Source of the DNA: an uncultured bacterium
Lineage (GTDB): Bacteria > Desulfobacterota > Deferrimicrobia > Deferrimicrobiales > Deferrimicrobiaceae
Direction: 5' to 3'
NCBI GenBank assembly: GCA_964459975.1
Contig: CAYWOT010000001.1
Location: 1-31,674 of the forward strand
Length of the DNA stretch: 31,674 nt
Of this stretch, positions 24,921 to 31,674 are shown one piece after another. Under the pieces are notes generated by a model. It searched no databases. It worked only from the letters and a program-made list of their open reading frames with translations, and was not told where the DNA came from. Numbering within the stretch: the first letter of the stretch is position 1; every line of letters begins with the position of its first letter. Both the position numbers and the translations under genes were made by a program.

Positions 24921-26327
24921 ATGATCCGACGGGCGATTCCCGCCCTCCGCGAAATCTTCGGAGAGCGGTTTTCCACATCCCGCGACCAGCGGATCCGCCA
25001 TTCCTACGATGCGACGGGGAGGATGGTCCTGCCCGACGCCGTGGCGTTCCCGGCGAGCGCCGAGGAGGTGCGGCGAGCGGTCCTCCTGGCGAACGAACAC
25101 CGGTTCCCCGTGCTCCCCCGCGGCGCCGGGTCGGGTTTTTCCGGCGGCGCCGTGCCGGTGCGGGGGGGGCTCGTTCTCTCGACCCGCGGGCTCGCCCGCA
25201 TCGTGTCCTTCGACGAGGCGAACCAGCTCGCGGTCGTCGAGCCGGGCGTGGTGACGGGGACCCTCAAGGACGAGGCCCGGAAGCGCGGCCTGTTCTACCC
25301 TCCCGATCCCGGTTCTCTCGCGTTCTGCACGATCGGCGGGAACATCGCGGAGTGCGCGGGGGGCATGTGCGCGGTCAAGTACGGGGTCACGCGGGACTAT
25401 GTCCTGGGACTCGAGGCGGTGCTGGGTACGGGCGAGCTGGTCCGGACGGGCGTCTCGACCCGGAAGGGCGTCGTCGGCTACGATCTCACCCGGCTGCTGG
25501 TCGGGTCCGAGGGCACGCTCGGAATCGTCACCCAGGCGACGCTGAAGCTGATTCCCCTCCCCGAGACGGTGGCCACGATTCTTTCCTTTTTCCGGACTAC
25601 CCGCGAAGGGGCGGCGGCGGTGGCGGGGATCATCGCGGACCGGATCACGCCGTGTGCGCTGGAGCTGATGGACCGGACCGCCGTCGACTGCGTCCGGGAG
25701 ACCGGCGGACTCGCTTTGCCGGAGGAGGCGGGGTGCGCCCTGCTGATCGAGGTGGACGGATCGACGCAGTCGGTCGCCGCGGACGCGGGGCGCGTCGAAC
25801 GGGCCTGCCGGGAGCGCGCGGCGATCGGGATCGGGCGGGCGGCGGACGAGGCGGGAAGGGAGCGCTTGTGGGCGCTGCGGCGGGCGATCTCGCCGTCGCT
25901 CAGGAAGGTGAACCCGGTCAAGATCAACGAGGACATCGTCGTCCCCCGGAGCCGTCTTCCCGACATGATGTCGTTCCTCGTCGACCTGGGGTCCCGCCTG
26001 AGCCTTCGGATCGTCACCTTCGGCCACGCGGGCGACGGGAACGTCCACGTGAACCTGATGATCTCGGGCACGGACGCGGGCGAGAGGCGGCGGGCCGACG
26101 GCGCGGTCGCCGAGCTGTTCCGGAAGACGATCGATTTCGGCGGGACGATCTCGGGAGAGCACGGGGTGGGGATCGCCAAGGCCCCCTTCTTCGAGATGGA
26201 AGTCGGGCCTTCGGGGGTTTCGGTCATGAAGCGGCTGAAAGGCTGCTTCGATCCCAACGGCATTCTCAATCCCGGAAAGATCTTCGAGGAGGAGGGAGCG
26301 GTTTCCCAAGGAATTTCCAATCGTTGA
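24921..26327 (+). CDS. FAD-linked 2-hydroxyacid oxidoreductase, GlcD/D-lactate dehydrogenase family
   Basis: PDAVAFP, PRGAGSG..GGAVP, VEPGV, YPPDPGS...CTIGGNIAECAGG..AVKYGVTRDYV, GSEGTLG, FGHAGDGNVH, GTISGEHGVG, DPNGILNPGKIF. Confidence 0.92.
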   Translation: MIRRAIPALREIFGERFSTSRDQRIRHSYDATGRMVLPDAVAFPASAEEVRRAVLLANEHRFPVLPRGAGSGFSGGAVPVRGGLVLSTRGLARIVSFDEANQLAVVEPGVVTGTLKDEARKRGLFYPPDPGSLAFCTIGGNIAECAGGMCAVKYGVTRDYVLGLEAVLGTGELVRTGVSTRKGVVGYDLTRLLVGSEGTLGIVTQATLKLIPLPETVATILSFFRTTREGAAAVAGIIADRITPCALELMDRTAVDCVRETGGLALPEEAGCALLIEVDGSTQSVAADAGRVERACRERAAIGIGRAADEAGRERLWALRRAISPSLRKVNPVKINEDIVVPRSRLPDMMSFLVDLGSRLSLRIVTFGHAGDGNVHVNLMISGTDAGERRRADGAVAELFRKTIDFGGTISGEHGVGIAKAPFFEMEVGPSGVSVMKRLKGCFDPNGILNPGKIFEEEGAVSQGISNR

Positions 26328-26364
26328 CACCGATTGCAGCGGGATGGTATGAAGATCCATTACC
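26324..26364 (+). promoter_or_regulatory. Candidate promoter of the carboxylase-mutase operon (TTGACA-N18-TATGAA, extended TG) overlapped by a second FadR-like box TGGTATGAAGATCCATTACC
   Basis: TTGACA 26324-26329 contains the glcD stop codon. The core ATGAAGATCCATT (26349-26361) matches 12 of 13 nt of the operator core at 17994-18006. Confidence 0.6.
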
Positions 26365-26394
26365 GCTTCCATCGTCGACTCGAGAGGGGGGAGG

Positions 26395-27938
<1,544 letters not shown>

Positions 27939-27951
27939 GAGGAGGCCGCCC

Positions 27952-29460
27952 GTGTTCCGGAAAATCCTGATCGCGAACCGGGGCGAGATCGCCGTGCGCG
28001 TGGAGCGGGCGTGCCGGGAGATGGGCATCGGGACGGTGGCGGTCTATTCCGAGGTGGACCGGCACGCTCTCCACGTCCGTTGCGCGGGCGAGGCATTCCC
28101 GGTCGGCCCGCCGCCCGCCGCCGAGTCGTACCTCGTCATCGACCGGATCGTCGACGTCGCAAAGCGGAGCGGCGCCGAGGCGATCCACCCGGGCTACGGG
28201 TTCCTCGCCGAGAACCCGGCCTTCGCCGACCGGTGCGAGGCGGAGGGGATCCGGCTGATCGGGCCTTCCGCCTTCGCGATGCGGACGATGGGGTCGAAGA
28301 CGCTGGCGCGCAAGACGGTGCAGGCCGCGGGGGTGCCGGTGGTTCCGGGGACGGTGGAGCCGATCGCCACGGAGGAGGAGGTGGCCCGGCTCGCGAAATC
28401 GGTCGGCTTCCCCCTCATGCTCAAGGCCACGGCGGGCGGCGGCGGGAAGGGGCTGCGCCTCGTGACCTCGGAGGGCGACCTGCGGTCCGCGCTGCGCATG
28501 GCGAAGTCCGAAGCGCGGTCCGCCTTCGGCGACGACTCGATCTACATCGAGAAGTACATCGAGAATCCCCGCCACGTGGAGATCCAGATTCTCGGGGACC
28601 GGCACGGCCACTACGTCCACCTCGGGGAGCGGGAGTGCTCGATCCAGCGCCGGCACCAGAAGGTGATCGAGGAGTCGCCGTCGGTGATCGTCACTCCGGA
28701 AATGCGCGAGGCGATGGGGAAGGTGGCGATCGAGGCCGCGCGGGCGGTGCGCTACGAGGGCGCCGGGACGGTCGAATTCCTCGTCGACAAGGGGCGAAAT
28801 TTCTATTTTCTCGAGATGAACACGCGGCTCCAGGTCGAGCACCCGGTCACCGAGATGGTCACGGGGGTCGACATCGTCAAGGCGCAGATCCGGATCGCGG
28901 CGGGGGAGCCGCTCGCCCTTCGCCAGGAAGAGGTGAGGCAGACCGGGCACGCGATCGAATGCCGCGTGTACGCGGAGGATCCCGACCGCAACTTCATGCC
29001 GTGCCCCGGGCTCGTCACGTCCCTGCGAACACCGGGCGGCCCCGGGGTGCGCGACGACTCGGGCGTCTTCGAGGGGTTCGCGATACCCATCCACTACGAC
29101 CCGATCATCTCGAAGCTGATCGCCTGGGGAAAGGACAGGGCGGAGGCCGTCGCGCGGATGAAGCGCGCCCTCGGCGAATACGTCGTGACGGGCGTCAAGA
29201 CGACGATCCCGTTCCACATCCGGGTGATGAACCACCGGCGCTTCCTCGACGGCGACTTCGACACGAACTTCATCGACCGGGTCTTCTTCCACGAGGAGAC
29301 GAAGCGCGAGCTTCCCCACCTCGACGTCGCCGTGGCGGCGGCCGCCATCCAGCTCTTCCGCGATGAGAGGAGGCGCGCCCTGGCCCGCCAGCCGGGGGAG
29401 ACGCGGCCGTTCTCGCCGTGGAAGTACGCCGCGCGGCCCGGCATGCCGAAGAGCGGATAG
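27952..29460 (+). CDS. Biotin carboxylase subunit of acyl-CoA (propionyl-CoA) carboxylase
   Basis: GTG after GAGGAGG. KILIANRGEIA, HPGYGFLAEN, GGGGKG, RECSIQRRHQK, FLEMNTRLQVEHPVTE, YDPIISKL. Confidence 0.95.
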   Translation: MFRKILIANRGEIAVRVERACREMGIGTVAVYSEVDRHALHVRCAGEAFPVGPPPAAESYLVIDRIVDVAKRSGAEAIHPGYGFLAENPAFADRCEAEGIRLIGPSAFAMRTMGSKTLARKTVQAAGVPVVPGTVEPIATEEEVARLAKSVGFPLMLKATAGGGGKGLRLVTSEGDLRSALRMAKSEARSAFGDDSIYIEKYIENPRHVEIQILGDRHGHYVHLGERECSIQRRHQKVIEESPSVIVTPEMREAMGKVAIEAARAVRYEGAGTVEFLVDKGRNFYFLEMNTRLQVEHPVTEMVTGVDIVKAQIRIAAGEPLALRQEEVRQTGHAIECRVYAEDPDRNFMPCPGLVTSLRTPGGPGVRDDSGVFEGFAIPIHYDPIISKLIAWGKDRAEAVARMKRALGEYVVTGVKTTIPFHIRVMNHRRFLDGDFDTNFIDRVFFHEETKRELPHLDVAVAAAAIQLFRDERRRALARQPGETRPFSPWKYAARPGMPKSG

Positions 29461-29469
29461 GAGCGGGCC

Positions 29470-29970
29470 ATGCACTACGTCGCCACGATCGGAGACAGGG
29501 AAATCCGGATCACCGTCGAGGAGATCGCCGTCGGCCGCTACCGCGTGACGAGCGACGGCGCCGAGCGCGAGGTCGACGCCCACCGGGTGCAGCACAGCGT
29601 CTGGTCGATCCTCTCGGGCTCGGCCTCGTTCGAGGCGGACGTGCAGGGTGCGGACGACCAGTACGAGGTGCTGATCGACGGGGACTGCTACCGGTTCTCG
29701 CTGATGAACGAGCAGCGCCGGGCGCTGATGCGGGCCGGGGGCAAGGCCGCGGCCGGCAAGCCGCTCGTCACGTCGCCCATGCCCGGGAAGGTGGTGACGC
29801 TTCTGGTCGGCGAAGGGGAGGAGGTGCAGGCGGGGCAGGGGCTCATCGTCGTCGAAGCGATGAAGATGGAAAACGAGCTCAAAGCCGCGGCGGCCGGCCG
29901 GGTCAAGGAGATTTTCGTCGAGGAAGGAGACATCGTCGAGGCGGGGGCGAAACTGCTCCTGGTGGAATAG
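29470..29970 (+). CDS. Biotin carboxyl carrier protein of the carboxylase
   Basis: [21 protein letters not shown] (biotinylated Lys), with an N-terminal BT-like beta domain. Confidence 0.94.
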   Translation: MHYVATIGDREIRITVEEIAVGRYRVTSDGAEREVDAHRVQHSVWSILSGSASFEADVQGADDQYEVLIDGDCYRFSLMNEQRRALMRAGGKAAAGKPLVTSPMPGKVVTLLVGEGEEVQAGQGLIVVEAMKMENELKAAAAGRVKEIFVEEGDIVEAGAKLLLVE

Positions 29971-29980
29971 GGGGATCGGC

Positions 29981-31674
29981 ATGGCGGCACCCAAAGGCAA
30001 GGGGTCCGGGGCGCCCCGCATCCGGGCGGCCCGCGAGCGGTGGGAGCGGGAGGTCCTCTCGCCGGGGACGGCGAAGGCGCCCGAGCGCTGCAAGCGGTTC
30101 GAGAGCACTTCCGGGGCGGCGGTCGAGCGGCTCTATACCCCGCTCGACCTGGAGGAGTTCGACTACCTGAGGGACGTGGGGTTCCCGGGACAATACCCCT
30201 TCACCCGCGGCGTGCAGCCCACGATGTACCGGGGCCGGTTGTGGACGATGCGGCAGTACGCGGGATTCGGCGACGCGCGGGAGTCGAACCGGCGGTACCG
30301 GTACCTCCTGGACCAGGGACAGACGGGGCTGTCCGTCGCGTTCGATCTGCCTACCCAAATGGGATACGATTCGGACCATCCGGCGGCGTCGGGGGAAGTG
30401 GGAAAGGTCGGCGTCTCGATCGCCTCGCTTCAGGACATGGAGGCGCTCTTCGACGGAATCCCCCTCGGAACCGTGTCCACCTCGATGACGATCAACTCGA
30501 CGGCGTCGATCCTTCTCGCCATGTACGTCGCGGTGGGAGAGCAGCAGGGGGTCGATCCGTCCGCGCTCAACGGAACGATCCAGAACGACATCCTCAAGGA
30601 ATACGTCGCGCGGGGAACGTACATCTATCCGCCGGCGCCGTCCATGCGGATCATCACCGACATCTTCGCGTTCTGCAGGGACCGCGTGCCGAGATGGAAC
30701 ACGATCAGCATTTCCGGGTACCACATCCGCGAGGCCGGCTCGACGGCCGCGCAGGAGATCGCGTTCACGCTGGCCAACGGGATCGCGTACGTGCAGGCGG
30801 CGATCGACGCGGGGATGTCGGTGGATTCGTTCGCCTCACGCCTCGCCTTCTTCTTCAACGCCCACAACGATTTTCTCGAGGAGGTCGCCAAGTTCCGCGC
30901 CGCCCGCCGGCTGTGGGCGGGGATCATGCGGCGGCGGTTCCGCGCGAAGGACCCCCGCTCGTGGATGCTCCGGTTCCACACGCAGACGGCCGGGTCGTCG
31001 CTGACGGCCCAGCAGCCGGACAACAACGTGGTGCGCGTCACGGTCCAGGCGCTTGCCGCGGTCCTCGGAGGCACCCAGTCCCTGCACACCAACTCGCGCG
31101 ACGAGGCCCTCGCGCTTCCCACCGAGGATTCGGTGCGCATCGCCCTCCGCACCCAGCAGATTCTCGCCCACGAAAGCGGCGTCGGGGACACCGTCGACCC
31201 GCTCGGCGGCTCCTACTGCGTGGAGGCGCTCACGTCCGGGCTCGAGCGCGAAGCGCAAGAGTACATCCGGAAGATCGACGCGATGGGGGGGGTGGTCGAG
31301 GCGATCGTCCGCGGCTACGTGCAGAAGGAGATCCAGGAGGCGGCGTTCCGGTACCAGCAGGAGGTCGAGCGGAAGGACCGGATCATCGTCGGCATGAACC
31401 GGTTCGCGGGGGCGGAGCCGCAGGCCCGGAAGCTGCTCCGCGTCGATCCGAGGATCGAGAAGGGCCAGCGCCGTCGGCTCGCGGCCCTTCGGAAAAGGCG
31501 GGACGGCCGGGCGGTCCGGGAGCGGCTTAAGGATCTCGAGGAAGCGTGCCGCGGAACGGACAACGTGATGCCGGCGATCGTGGCCGCGGTGAAATCGTAT
31601 GCGACGCTCGGAGAAATCTCCGACGTGATGAGGAACGTTTTCGGAACGTACCGCGGAAAATACGGCGACCACCG
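29981..31674 (+). CDS. Methylmalonyl-CoA mutase, substrate-binding large subunit of a split (two-gene) enzyme; runs off the window, absent from ORF track
   Basis: Open from ATG 29981 to the window end (564 codons, no stop). [95 protein letters not shown]. Confidence 0.95.
   Translation, partial: MAAPKGKGSGAPRIRAARERWEREVLSPGTAKAPERCKRFESTSGAAVERLYTPLDLEEFDYLRDVGFPGQYPFTRGVQPTMYRGRLWTMRQYAGFGDARESNRRYRYLLDQGQTGLSVAFDLPTQMGYDSDHPAASGEVGKVGVSIASLQDMEALFDGIPLGTVSTSMTINSTASILLAMYVAVGEQQGVDPSALNGTIQNDILKEYVARGTYIYPPAPSMRIITDIFAFCRDRVPRWNTISISGYHIREAGSTAAQEIAFTLANGIAYVQAAIDAGMSVDSFASRLAFFFNAHNDFLEEVAKFRAARRLWAGIMRRRFRAKDPRSWMLRFHTQTAGSSLTAQQPDNNVVRVTVQALAAVLGGTQSLHTNSRDEALALPTEDSVRIALRTQQILAHESGVGDTVDPLGGSYCVEALTSGLEREAQEYIRKIDAMGGVVEAIVRGYVQKEIQEAAFRYQQEVERKDRIIVGMNRFAGAEPQARKLLRVDPRIEKGQRRRLAALRKRRDGRAVRERLKDLEEACRGTDNVMPAIVAAVKSYATLGEISDVMRNVFGTYRGKYGDH

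Overview
High-GC bacterial chromosomal window with no rRNA, tRNA, CRISPR array, IS element or prophage recognisable. Gene content and order look deltaproteobacterial (Desulfobacterota/Deferrimicrobiota-like), but the taxonomy is inference only. Left half (1-16906): a tightly overlapped + strand housekeeping run, trmFO(5'-truncated)-xerC-hslV-hslU-argB-argD-argF-argG-argH-[49-aa LptM/LppL-like lipoprotein missed by the ORF track]-lysA-dapF-dapA-dapB-FAH family-dapL-folK-TPR lipoprotein. Right half: an acyl-CoA catabolic neighbourhood. It holds an IclR regulator, a Bacillus-type FadR (YsiA-like TetR) with a matching operator, and an acyl-CoA dehydrogenase. It also holds a membrane FadF/EMO-type heme b/Fe-S/CCG oxidoreductase, an alpha/beta hydrolase, a GlcD-type FAD oxidoreductase, propionyl-CoA carboxylase genes and a split-type methylmalonyl-CoA mutase large subunit that runs off the end. 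The carboxyltransferase gene is broken by a 1-nt deficit in a G7 run. The stand-out is the minus-strand gene at 20083-21744. It fuses an XRE/Cro-like helix-turn-helix, a flexible linker and an unassigned helical domain to an ADP-ribosylglycohydrolase (DraG/ARH3) fold whose metal-binding motifs are almost all substituted (TDDT to GDQP, DTDT to EAEA). A 20-bp near-palindrome sits in its own AT-rich promoter region. This suggests a pseudo-ARH ligand-sensing transcription regulator analogous to NrtR. All family assignments come from motif recognition by eye; no database search was run.
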